A DNA stretch of 64,000 nt from Pseudogymnoascus verrucosus (lineage: Eukaryota): assembly GCA_001662655.1 (NCBI GenBank), contig KV460227.1, one strand, 5' to 3'. Shown piece after piece: positions 1 through 11,872 of this stretch. The notes under the pieces were generated by a model. The model was not told the DNA's origin and made no database searches. It saw only the letters and a list, made by a program, of their open reading frames with translations. The translations under genes were made by a program, and so were the position numbers. Numbering within the stretch: the first letter of the stretch is position 1; every line of letters begins with the position of its first letter.

Positions 1-879
1 GAAGTAGACGAAGACTGTGGGGGTGGGTTAGTGGGGGTTTGAAGAGGGGAACTGGGGGGTGTTTGAGAGAGCTTACCGAGATCAATAACGAATTGGATGA
101 TCTGGAGACGGGTGATCCACTCCTTCCACCAGATGCGGATGCCACGGGCGCTCTGGAAGTAGTACCAGTACATAACGACGTGGACCATCAGGTTGAGCGT
201 GATAGGGACCCAGGAGACGGAGGTGAGGCCGATGAGCTGGGTGTAGCAGAGGAGAGCGGTGGCGCCGTGGTGGTAGCAGTGGAGGAAGGCTGTATGTGGT
301 TAGTTTTGGCCTGGAAAGAAGAATGAAGTCACGTACTCAATGGCTTCTTCTTCAGGACCAGGAAGACGGTATCGATCAATTCGAGGTACTTGGTGAGGTA
401 GTTAAGCTGCAATATGTTAGCAATTGCTCCGATTGTACTCCTTTCAGACGACATACATAATACAGGATAACCAGGTGGTTAGTCCATCCACCCTTGACGT
501 CGCAGATGGCAAAGAAAAGGCCCTTGTTGTACAGAGTTGGGATCAGCTCCTCGGTGAAGAGGGCCAGCAGTATGCCACTGATCGCAGTGAGGTAGAAGTT
601 GTGGACCATAAAGGGTACATTGAGCTTGAACGCCGGGCGGTTGCGCATCAGCTCGCGGCCGCCGAAAATTACAACGTAGTATGTGAAGATCAGCGCAGCG
701 GTCTCCTTCATGGTCGACATGGGAGTGACATGGGGCTGGAAGTCGAAGTCCTGCGGGTGGTATCCCTTGATGGCCGTGAAGACCTTGTCGAAGATGGGCC
801 AGAGGTGGACGCCGAAGGGGCGGTCGATCGTCGGGCGCTGGACGGCCCCGAGGATCTGGTCGATTGGTGAAGCCGACAT
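1..879 (-). CDS. Very-long-chain fatty acid elongase (GNS1/SUR4/ELO family), 3' end runs off the window
   Basis: N-terminus [22 protein letters not shown]. Spliced exons about 879-457, 406-337, 289-77 and 14-<1 give [18 protein letters not shown] and the ELO histidine box [10 protein letters not shown]. Donors GTATGT/GTACGT/GTAAGC with CAG acceptors. Confidence 0.93.
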
Positions 880-1612
880 CTTTAGAAAAAAGGGAGATGT
901 ATGCGCAAATGCGAGAGGAAGCCGCGAAGGTTCGTTATAGGGCGTGAAGCCAAAGAAAAGGGTTGTCTGTCGAGAGTATCGGAAGTTCGGAGAAAAAGTT
1001 GGTCGAAGTAGGTCGCGCGACTCCTTACGTGAGCTGTTGCCGAATGCGGAAAGATGGGGAGAGAAGGAGGTAAAAAAAGCGTGACAATTTCAATCAAGGA
1101 ATGACGAGAAGTGAAGAAAGGGATTATGATCACCAACAAAGATGACCTCCTGACAAAATACAAAACACAATTGAATGTGGTGATGGGTTGAGGGGGGGGG
1201 AAAGAGAAGGGGGATCGTGTTTATGTGGAGAGAAAAGTAAAGTTGGCGGAAATGGCACCGAGATTAGCGAAAGGGGGAATTCCAAACTGACATCAGGCCG
1301 TGTTAGGGGGGGTGGAACAGTTGGAATTTAGTTATTTACAAGGGTTGTATGGGTTTGTATTTGCTCTAGAATGAACAGGAATTATTGTACGAGGCAATAA
1401 AAATATGACAAAAATCGGCAGGAATGAGAAGAATATTATGAATTTAATTAGATAATTGTAGGGTCAGTGGAAGAATTTTATTTTGAATATTTTGAATAAT
1501 TGGTTAATTGGGAATAAGGGGATGGTAATTGGGTGCAGAATGTTTGGTTGGGTTAGTGGCAGATGTGATGCCAGATATGATTTGATGGGATGGAATTGGG
1601 AATGCGCGTCTT

Positions 1613-1950
1613 TCACATGATAATAAGGGTGAAGAAGCGCTGGGAAAATGGGGAAAATGGGGAATTTTAGGGGATTTTAGGGGGGGTTTTGGGGGGAAAT
1701 TCGGGAAATTAGATGATGTACACGCACGCAGCCTCGGATTTATGGGTAGTCACGTGGAGTAATTGGGCTGTAATGTCACATGATAATAGAGACAGACAGG
1801 GGAGAGAGAGGAGCCATGGGAGAAAATGGGAATTGAGAAATTAGAATACGGTTGGTCACGTGGGGTGATCAACAATAATATCACATGACATATATTTCAT
1901 TTTTGTCACGTGGGGTAATCACATGATTTTGGATTTCATTTTGTCACGTG
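1613..1950. promoter_or_regulatory. Cluster of 8 E-box-like sites (TCACGTG/TCACATGA) in the divergent ELO/RPL4 promoter
   Basis: TCACATGA at 1613, 1776, 1881, 1919 and TCACGTG at 1750, 1856, 1906, 1944. TTAGGG at 1667 and 1677. Confidence 0.6.
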
Positions 1951-2207
1951 GTTTCTAACTTTTTAAGGTTCTTCGTTTCTCCCTTCCGTGTCGTCAATCC
2001 AGCCACACCCTCTTCACTCCCCTTCACACCTAGTAATCCAGGCACCCACACTACCAACAACCCTTTCCCCCTTTCAGCCACCACCATCGCTTAGTGCTAG
2101 GGCTTCCAATAGTAGCAACCCACTTTCGAGATTCGCGAGAAACCGACGAAATTTCGAGTTGCCAATTTTTGAAGCCGACAACCAACATCTCGACAACCGA
2201 CGACGAA

Positions 2208-3655
2208 ATGGCTTCCCGACCAACAGTCACGATCCTGTCCGCCGATGGCACTGCCAGCGGCGCGACTCACCCTCTCCCGCGCGTCTTCACTTCGCCAATC
2301 CGCCCGGATATCGTCCAGTATGTTCAACCACAAACTCAACAATTTATACCAAAATCCCGGCGCGACGCCACAGGGAGATAGATTGTGAGGGCAATTGCTG
2401 ATTGATGTGCTCTACAGGACTGTCCACACCGGAATGGCCAAGAACAAGCGTCAGCCATACTCCGTCGCTGAGAAGGCTGGTCACCAGACCTCTGCTGAGT
2501 CTTGGGGAACTGGTTAGTACAACTATTTTATACATGTCTGAGAGGAAGGAAGGAGGGGGGAAAGAGAGGGGACAGGAGGGAGAGACACTCCCGGCATGAA
2601 CGCTACAGAAACAGAAGATGCGGTGGAATTGCTTGCTGCCAGAGAACAGAAATGCTGACTGAAAAACCTCACAGGTCGCGCTGTTGCCCGTATTCCTCGT
2701 GTCTCTGGAGGCGGAACTCACCGTGCTGGTCAGGCTGCCTTCGGTAACATGTGCAGATCCGGTCGCATGTTCGCCCCTACCAAGGTCTGGCGCAAGTGGC
2801 ACCAGAAGATCAACCTGGGACAGAAGTAAGTAAAAAAAGCGCGATTACGCAGCCTCATATGATATCTCCAGAAACTAACAAACCCCCAGGCGTTTCGCAA
2901 CTGCTTCCGCCCTGGCTGCATCCTCCGTCCCATCCCTCCTCCTCGCCCGCGGTCACCAGATCTCCACCGTCCCAGAGGTTCCTCTCGTGATCAACTCCGA
3001 GGTCTTCGCCAACGCCTCGATCTCCCGCACCGCCGCTGCCGTCGCTCTCCTCAGCTCCGTCGGAGCCGGTGCTGACGTCTCCAAGGTCAAGGCCTCGCGC
3101 AAGCTCCGCGCCGGAAAGGGTAAGCTCCGTGGCCGCCGTCACCGCCAACGCCGCGGACCCCTCGTCGTCTACAACCCGCTCGAGGACGGAACTGAGCTCT
3201 CGCTCGCTTTCCGCAACATCGCCGGTGTCGAGACCTCCTCCGTCTTCGCGCTGAACCTCCTCCAGCTCGCACCTGGCGGCCACCTCGGACGCTTCGTCAT
3301 CTGGACCTCCTCCGCCTTCAAGGCCCTCGACACCGTCTACGGCTCCACCACCGCCCCCTCGGCGCTGAAGAAGGACTTCCTCCTCCCATCCGCCATCGTC
3401 ACCCAGGCTGACATTGGCCGTCTCATCAACTCCTCCGAAATCCAGACCGTCGTCCGCGCCGCCAAGGGCGAGGCCCGCACCAAGCGCACCGCCGTGCAGA
3501 AGAAGAACCCGCTCCGCAACAAGCAGGTCCTGCTCCGCCTGAACCCATACGCTGCTGGCTACTCCAAGGACAAGATCGGCACCAAGGCTCTCGAGGCCGG
3601 AAAGCCGGTGCGTGCTGCTGGAAAGCCGTTCGCACAGATCCTCAAGGAGGATTAA
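2208..3655 (+). CDS. RPL4: 60S ribosomal protein L4 (uL4)
   Basis: [17 protein letters not shown] / [25 protein letters not shown] / [33 protein letters not shown]. Exons about 2208-2317, 2418-2512, 2675-2825, 2890-3655. Strong C-ending codon bias. Confidence 0.98.
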
Positions 3656-4854
3656 GTGTCGGTTTGCTGGGTTGAGGGGTGTCGTTGATTATGCATCGTT
3701 TGCTTATAAATCATGGATGTGGCTGCTAATGGCGCATTGAGGATGATGTCTCGGTAGTATACTGAATGACATTAAAAGATTTCAAAAAAAAATTGTGTGT
3801 CCATGTGGTTCGTGACTGTGATGTTGATGTAGACTTAACTTGGGTGACTTCTGTTTCCATTTTTTTTGGGATATTAAAAATAACTAACCGTCCATATTTT
3901 CGTAGCCCCAGGGCCAAGAACTGTCTCTGGACCAGGGAGTATATTATTTCAAGCCAGGCTTCGGGTTGAACACAGGTATAAATCCCCTGAAGTTAGACAC
4001 TGCTCGCTCAACAATTCAACCAGTTACATACAGCAACAGCTGTCCATTTCGTACAGCGGAAGTCTTCTATCTCTTATTATTTACCTCAGCATATTATTCT
4101 TGATGTCAGCAACCTTCGTGTGTTATCCAGAGTCCTGTTGTCGACAGGAGTCATGTTGTCGGTAAAGTTTTGCTGTCAATATCTTCCTGTCGGCAGAGTC
4201 TTGTTGTCGTAGAATCATGTTGTCAATGGAGGCTAGTCGGGTCGCTGACCTATATACTGTCCACTATGTTTGTAGCAGCAGCTGCTGCTTCAGGGTTCCA
4301 GCGGAATTGCGATCCTCGGCAGTACTGGAGTGCTCCTGGACCGTGTCTCATACGGAAAGTTTCTGGTGCTGGCGAGTCCTATCTCGACAGAGCCCGAGTC
4401 CTGATATACTCAGTAGCGTGGTTCATTGGCGGTCTCTCCCACTGGCCGTGGGTTTTTTGTGCTTGAGGGAAAAGGAATAATTATGTCTTGAGTTGGGATT
4501 TGAATATTAAATTGAAAATATATAAATTTTGAAAAATATTACAATTATTATTTACCCCACACGACAAACATCACATTTTCAAAAACCTACGACACCGAGA
4601 GTAATCATATACGAAGGTTGAACGTCGCCAATATTTACTCTTTGGATTCAATCACCAAAATCTAACGAAAAGCAAATATATATTCGAGAAGCAGGGTAAA
4701 AACCTGCGAACCAGCCCCATTAGCTCCTCCGTGTCCCCCTCTCTTCCCTCATCACATCTTGAGATATTAAAGCAAATCAGCTCTACAATCACCAGCAACA
4801 AATTTATCTGTCCGCAATGGTATCACAGCTGTCCCAAACGCCCCTCCACCACGC

Positions 4855-7800
4855 TCACCCCATCATCCCCACCCATCTCGGCGGAAACCCATTCCCCTCC
4901 CCCGGCGCCACACTACTCCCCCGACTCCCCGCAATCCCCATCCCCGCCACCTTCGGACTCCTCGGGACACTCGCTCCCCTCAGCCCTCTCACCCCCCTCG
5001 CCTTAAGCTCCTCATTCTTCCTCCCCAAATCCGCCTTCAACAACTCCGCCTCAGCCTCCAACTCATCAATCCTATCCTTCAACTGCGCCACCTCGCTCTT
5101 CGCCTGGATCTCCCTAACCCTCACTATATTCTCGCTCGCCCTCCTCTCCAACACCACCTTCTCAGCCTGCAACCCCGCCACCTCGCTCGCCAGCTCCGCC
5201 GCCTGATTCGACGCCCTCTGATACTGCTCGCGCGTGAACTCGAAGTCCTTCGCGGCGCTCACAGCGCGCTTCTCGAGCTTCTCGCGCTCCGCCTGCGCCT
5301 CCGCGGCCTTCTCGCGGAGGGCCTCGAACTCGCGCTGCTCCGGGACGGCGGAGGATGCGAGGGCAGCGCGCGCGGTGGTCAGCTCGGCCTCGAGGTCGCC
5401 GATCTTGGCTAGCATGGCGATGTTCTGCGTGGAGCGGGCTTCGAGCTTGGTGTGGAGGGTTGAGGCGCGGGATTCGGCGGCGGTGGTGGCGGCTTCGGCG
5501 ATGCGGCGCTGGTTGCCGGAGTCGCGGGATTGGGAGACGAATTTGTTGACGAGGGCGATGTGCTCGTTTAGCTTGAGCTCGAGGGTTGCGTTGGACTGGC
5601 GAAGACGTGCGTTGTCCTTATCATTCTCATGGAGTTGTGCCTCAAGCTCATGGATGCGAGATTCCGTGGCTGTCTTGGCTTCGAGCTGATTTTCTAGGTC
5701 CGCGATCTGGGGGTTGTTAGTATGGGTACTTTGGGGGTGAGGGTGCACATTAGACGGCTTACCCTTGCTAGAAGTTGTGTCGTTTGGTCTGACTGCTCTT
5801 GGTCTGACCGCTCTTGGTCTAATGTGGCGGTAGCTGCGATGGCCTGTTCGGCTGAGTTGGTGAGTGATGGCAGTGAGGAGGCATTAAACTGTGTCTGGAA
5901 TCCTAGAGAATCGGTGATATGTGAGACCTGTCCGCTTAAAGCGACCTCGAGAGGAACTGGAGTCATTCGCATCCGTTTTGATAAGTCGTCGTCCAGTAGA
6001 TCGTCGCGGGGCCTCTTGGTCATGTTTTGGAGTGATGCAGGTCCTGAAGTTTGTACATCGCGAGATTGTGTGGTCGAGCCAGACTGTTGAGGTAGTAGCG
6101 AATCTGGCACGTCAAGATTCGAGATGTAACGATTAGGCGGTAAAGGCCACTCCAATGGCCCGTCAACACCATTGTGATTACTCGAGCTCGCTTTCAGATA
6201 ATTACCAACTGATACGGCAGCATCTTCTGGTCGGATCTTAGTGTTTAATCCGACCTCCTTTCGCTGCTGACAGATGAAATGCACGAGGTAGCCCCTCCTT
6301 TCCATAGGGTCCAGGGATTCCGGCAGACAAAGCTCAAAATGTTCTGCAGAGTCTTCAACAACCAACATGATCAGTGGAAACTGCTTTGTAGGGTCGTATG
6401 TATGAGCACGAAGTGCCTTTGAGTACCGCTCCCCACGGAAGAAGGTCGAATCAAATGCTATTACAGCATCAGCTGGATTAACCACGAACTGCCCACCTCT
6501 GAAGCCTGTAGGAAGAAGAGTAACCGTAAGGGTTCCTCGAGCGGACATATCAGAACGACTTTGTTTATCGGGTCGGTAATAGTTGAAGTTATGCGTCTGG
6601 AGTATGGCCTCCAAAATATCCATCATCTTTCCTGGGCGAGCAAGGACCGCAACATGGCTGCTTGAATCTCTCACTGATTCGAAAAGTCTCTCGAGAAAGT
6701 AGCATTTGGGGCTGCAAGTCAAAGCCCATTTTGATATGGCTTCTTTAGATGTTCCACTCTGTGAAAAGCCTTCTTCGGAGAACAACTCTTTGTGATCTCC
6801 GAGCAGCTTGAGGTTCTCAATCATCAGGTCGATCTTTGCCGTAGCCAGAAGATCCAACTGCTCGCCTTTGCGTAATAATTCTATCTCTCGTCTATATTTA
6901 GGCACCTGAGAACTATACATGTCTCGCACTGTGGACACCATGGGAATTAGGACTATATGGTCGCTTGATCCGAAGGGTCGCAATGGGAGTTGCGGGCTTG
7001 AAACCTCCTCTTCATCTGGTGATTCAATTCTAGCCAGATCCGGAGCTGCCATGGATCCTTCGTCCAAGCCTGATATCGTTTCTCGTACTGGCAGTTCTTG
7101 TCTCACTATACTTGGCGGTTGTGATGGCTCGTTTGCTTGTATAGGCTCGCTACTCCTAAGTAAATTTGCGGAAGCCGTTCTAGCTCGTACAGCGGCAATT
7201 GCATCCCGGCGTGCTTGTTGGAGAAATTCGGTTACGTTTGTACTGGAATTGAATACGGCAGGAGGTCGATCCTGTACGGAACTTCCGCCTCTCGAAACAG
7301 GCGCGGGCGATGCAGAGGTGGACGGCAATGAAGGCCGCTGAACGAGCTCCGACTCGTCTTGCCTTTCAACACTCATGATGATGCTTTCTGGTAGTTCTTC
7401 TGATGATGCTATCCGTTTTCTATTACTGTCTTCCTTATTACGGGAACGCGGCGAGAACCGATAATGTAGATTATTTGGAGTCAGAGAAATTTCTTCAGGG
7501 CAGTCTCTAGATCTATGACTGGATTCGACTTCTGTTGATTTGAATACCTTGGTAGATTCTAAGCTGGTTTGTGATAGAATCTCCGTGTCTTGGACAATCT
7601 GGGCGGCTTGCCAACTTTGATTAGAAGACGCGACGTCTCTCTCAAGTGGACTTGCAGTCACTGGCCTGTCAAGTTCGTTATCGGAACAATCAGTGGATAT
7701 CGGCAAAAGAGAATGGCCTCGGTGGACACCAGAGCTTCTGTTGTAAAAACTGAGATCCTGGCTATCAATGTTACTAGTATCGGTGCTGAACGGTAGCTGT

Positions 7801-9638
7801 GTTTGGAAACGGTCCTCCGATGTTCTGGCGCTCGACGATACTTGGGGTAGAAATAGACGTGAAAGGTTAGGTTTGGGAGTGGATGGTGGCGAATTTTGGC
7901 TCGGCGATGGCTCGGCAGCAGTGATTTCGGCGTCAGGAAGGAATCCTCCGTTAGAAACAGGCGTAGCCTCGTGAAAACTAGAATTCTGGGACTGCGGGTT
8001 GGGCACTTGAGACGGGACGATTTTTGTAGTGAGCCAGCTGTCTTCGGTGGGAATGTTGTTGGCTGTGGGCGCGTTCACGTCGGATATCGTCTCTCCGTAT
8101 GTAGTAGTATTTTCTTGCGCTTCGGAATTTATGCCGTGAACAATGGTGGAACCTTGTTCAATGCCTGATATATCGTTCTGAATCAGATTATTTCCGTTCG
8201 GACTGGTCTTGGCCTGATCGTGGCGAGGTGGTGAATGTACCGTAGAATTTCCCCTTTCTAGAGAACCTGGCCAGGTTCTACTCCGGATGGACCTTCGAAA
8301 GTCTGCACTGTTGGCTCCGGCTGCCTCTTGAGAATCTGGGATGACGCGGTCTCCGTTGTCTTCCTGTACTGTCTGCAATTTATCTCCAGCAGATTGCGAG
8401 CGATGTAATGATCGTTCAGTAGGAGGTGCTTGGGAGGTAAACGACGAAATTTGCGAGATACCAATGTATTTGTCTCGATTAAACTCTTCTAAAGGCGCAA
8501 GTGGAACTTCAAAACTGCGGTTATGAGGTTGTGGGGTCTCTGCAATAGTATCAAAACTGTCGTCTATCTCTGGAAGATGGTCCGATATTGGCTGCGAGGT
8601 GGGATGATTTGAAGGCTTGGTTGTAAGAGATGATTTTTCTGCAGAATACGGTACGTTGTTAGAAGTTTGAGAACTCCTAGATATTGCAAAGTCTATTGCC
8701 TGAATATCTTCTGCAAATAGAACTTGCTCATTAGGCGTCGCCGATTGATCCCAGACTAATTGCGAGATACGGGTGGTGTCTCCTACTTCGCGGATATGGC
8801 CTTGAGATTGTGACTCTGGAACGGTCTGTGGCCCTTCTTCACGAACTTGTCTTGTTGGCGTAGATCCTTCTATTGGAATAACAACGTTGCCTTCTGGTGG
8901 TAAAGAATCCGAAGAGGCCTGTCTGCGATTGTTGGCGTTGTGGAGTTCCTGGGCGACGGTGGTAAGTCTGCTGCGTTTAGCTGGCTTAATAGGCTGGCTA
9001 TCTGGGGACTCTTGAGTCGAAGCAGGGCTGTTGACAACAATGATTTGAGTTCTCTTGCGTTTTGCTTCCCTGACTGGTTCACTCTCCTGGGTAGAGTCCG
9101 GAACAAGTGGTGTTTCTCCTCCTGGGTCCTCCCGTGACACGAGATTGAGCACTTCCGCTGCGTCTTGGCTCTGCGGTTGCTGGATGGGATTATTCCCTGC
9201 CTTCACCTGCGCTTTCTTTTCTTCCCAGGCAACAATGGCGTCTTGTTCAACGAAGCTTTTTGGCTCCCAGGTAGGATCGTATGTCTCCCCGGTGACTTTG
9301 TCGTCCGCCCAATCGATTAGGTAGTGAGTCTCGCTCTCGTCTAGGATATCGCGAAGGTCGAATAATTGGTTCTCGTCGTACTTCTTCTGGGGCGTCTCTC
9401 GCTTCCTCTTTACTTTGCGACGAGGACGTTGTGGGGACGGTGTATAGTCTGGGGTAGGAGACAGAACGGAGTTATTGCGCGGCCTTCCTCTTGGTCGGTT
9501 CTTGCCTTTAGGCAGATGATTTTGCTGTGAAGTTATAGGCGATTTTGGCGGGGCAGTACTTGGATTCCTCGGTGGACGTCCGCGACGACGCGGTTGTAGT
9601 ATTACAGCTTCTGAGTCCGACGTGGGCTTCGACGACAT
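4855..9638 (-). CDS. Large chromatin protein: AT-hooks, chromodomain, long disordered region, HDA2/3-like domain, C-terminal coiled coil
   Basis: AT-hook-like RRRGRPPR and RPRGRPR. Chromodomain-like LFDLRDILDESETHYLIDWADD..YDPTWEP. Globular region SPKCYFLERLF..ADAVIAFDSTF resembles HDA1-complex subunit 2/3 domains. Intron about 5762-5707 (GTAAGC..CAG) joins a heptad-rich last exon 5706-4855. First ATG at 9638. Confidence 0.8.
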
Positions 9639-9880
9639 GGAATCAAAATGCGGGATGTGGCTGGGGTGCCATGTGAGTTCGTGAGGCCAGTATTTGGCGG
9701 CCAATAATTCTAAGAGAAAGTCAGAATACGTGAGTAAGGATAGATCGCATCAGTATCTTACCCTCCGCACAAGACGTCCGCGTTGGTTGCCAATGTCCTC
9801 CAACGCAAGGTGAGTTTGTTTCCTTAAGAATGTCTTATCGCCCGCGACGAGCGAGGCTATCAGTAAACGGCCGATCGGAG

Positions 9881-9968
9881 TCACGTGCAGCCAACATTAC
9901 AAGGTCTCCTTATCACGTGCAGCTCATCCTTCTTATTTGCTGACTAATGTACGAATTAGAGCCAATCA
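9881..9968. promoter_or_regulatory. Two TCACGTGCAG E-boxes and a CCAAT box upstream of COX6
   Basis: TCACGTGCAG at 9881 and 9913, AGCCAATCA at 9960-9968. CCAAT-binding (Hap) control of respiratory genes is established in fungi. Confidence 0.45.
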
Positions 9969-10082
9969 TGAAATCCTGACCCGCCCTGTTCCGAGGAGCC
10001 ATCCACCAAAAATCTACGCTTCCATCATACCGAACCAGTTCCTTGAAATCCCCAGTACAACCTGTCTCTATCATACAACACG

Positions 10083-10834
10083 ATGTCCACCAGCTCTGTC
10101 CTGCGCGCCCTGCCGCGCGCCATTGGCCGCACCGCTGGCTTCCGCGCCGCTCGCCCTTCGACCGTCCTCCGAGTCAGCTACGCCCCGGCTTTCTCGACCG
10201 CACGAGTCCTCAAGGCCGACAACGCTGACGGACACGGACACGAGGAGAGCTTCGAGGAGTTCACTGCCAGGTAAGGAGACCCAATTGGTGGTTGGCGTTG
10301 TTGGAGGACCTCTTGCGGTGCTGGGTGTTGATGCCGAGGAGAAATCGGACCGAGGGCTTTTGGACGTCATCAGGAGAGCTGTGAGCTGATACGCGGTGCA
10401 TCTAGATACGAGAAGGAGTTCGATACCGTCCAGGATGTCTTTGAGCTGCAGGTATGTTCAATTGGCTATGTTGGGCCAGAAGAGGGGTTGCGGGGTGTAT
10501 GCTAATCGTACCACGCAGCGTAACCTCAACAACGCCTTCGCATACGATCTCGTTCCATCGCCATCCGTGCTCGTTGCTGCCCTGAAGGCTGCAAGACGCG
10601 TCAACGACTACCCCACCGCTGTCCGTGTCTTTGAAGGTAAGCACTCGCATCCGAAAGCCCAAAAAGTTGGCAGGAAAGCCAAAGTGTGTGGACATACGCT
10701 AATGAAAAGCAGGCATCAAGGCAAAGGTCGAGAACAAGAACCAATACGAGCAGTACCTCGAGGAGCTGCGCCCGATTCGCGAGGAGCTCGGCGTTGAGCT
10801 GAAGGAGGACCTCTTCCCAGAGGAGTCCAAATAG
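10083..10834 (+). CDS. COX6: Cytochrome c oxidase subunit Va (yeast Cox6), mitochondrial precursor
   Basis: Arg-rich presequence, then EESFEEFTAR / YEKEFDTVQDVFELQ / RNLNNAFAYDLVPSP..AARRVNDYPTAVRVFE / GIKAKVENKNQYEQYLEEL. Three introns, TAG at 10832-10834. Confidence 0.96.
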
Positions 10835-11872
10835 ATGACAAAATCTGTGTAATCGAAGGAGTGGGCAGGGGTAATGATCAGTCGCATAGAGCTTCTTGGA
10901 ATTACTATGGGGAGGAAAGAAGATGGTTTGTAGGATGGGGGGGTGTAGGTGAGGTGGAGATGTGGAACTAGAGCGATTTTCTTAACTGTATAGTCGGTGG
11001 TTGTACTATGAACTCATTAAACGGGTGTCCATATATACGCTTCTCGTCTCTTGTCTCGGCTCTCCTTGCCAGTGACCTTTCTCCCTTTTTGCGTGCAAGG
11101 AGTGATGTCGTACGTTTGGTGATCCAACGCGTGTGGTTGCATCATATAAAGACTTACGAACAGGACTCTTCGTTTATCGGGCAGTAGGATAGGGCATCAA
11201 CGATCATCACGTCACCAGAAACCTAGAACCTGTCATGGGCCATGTTAGTACCATTCATCGGACCGAAATGGACTGCTGAGAAAGCGAATAGCGATATATA
11301 CTGATGTGAGGCATATATAGGAGGGCAGTAACGAGAATTACTCGATAACAATAGCTCTCCGGCGACAGGAGTCTTTTGGGACAATAGCTTTGCGGTGACA
11401 GCAGCTCTGTGCGGCAGCAGCTCAGCGGTGACAATAACAGCACAGAATCGAGAATAGTCCGTGATGGAGACCTCTATAATCTCCAGCCTAGCTATGCAAC
11501 TCAATGGTTGTGCAATTCCCATGTCTCGGGAGATGTTATGATTACCGCCGTCGCGTTTCTCTCTTGACCATTGAAGTATTGGGACTTATCCTGTTAGAAT
11601 ATCGCCTAACGTATGTGTCGATGCCCTTCTTGGCCTGTGGCTTAGGACCATAGTAGGCTACTCAGAGGCTGCCTGGTGTTTATGCCAGGCTTGTTAAAGT
11701 AAATTTTGCTTCTTTTAGGAATAGTCAAAACTTCATCATAGCCCAAGGGCTGTATAATATTATGTCTGGATCTACAGCAAGTCGACTGCTAAATTCTCCG
11801 TATCCAGATATCACCCCCACAACTCTAATCCAGAGCTTTCTATGTCAATCATGCAACCATCTATCCAACCAT

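Noticed and set aside
3740..3775. Possible C/D-box snoRNA (ATGATG..CTGA) after RPL4
   Set aside because: Boxes are too close together, the C box is imperfect and there is no terminal stem. It lies in the 3' UTR.
4130..4480. Short ORFs and a small imperfect duplication (GAGTC.TGTTGTCG)
   Set aside because: No recognisable protein motif or splice structure, and too short to call an element.
11223..11522. 99-aa minus-strand ORF with GCGGTGACA repeats
   Set aside because: No family motif or codon bias. Likely chance ORF between convergent genes.
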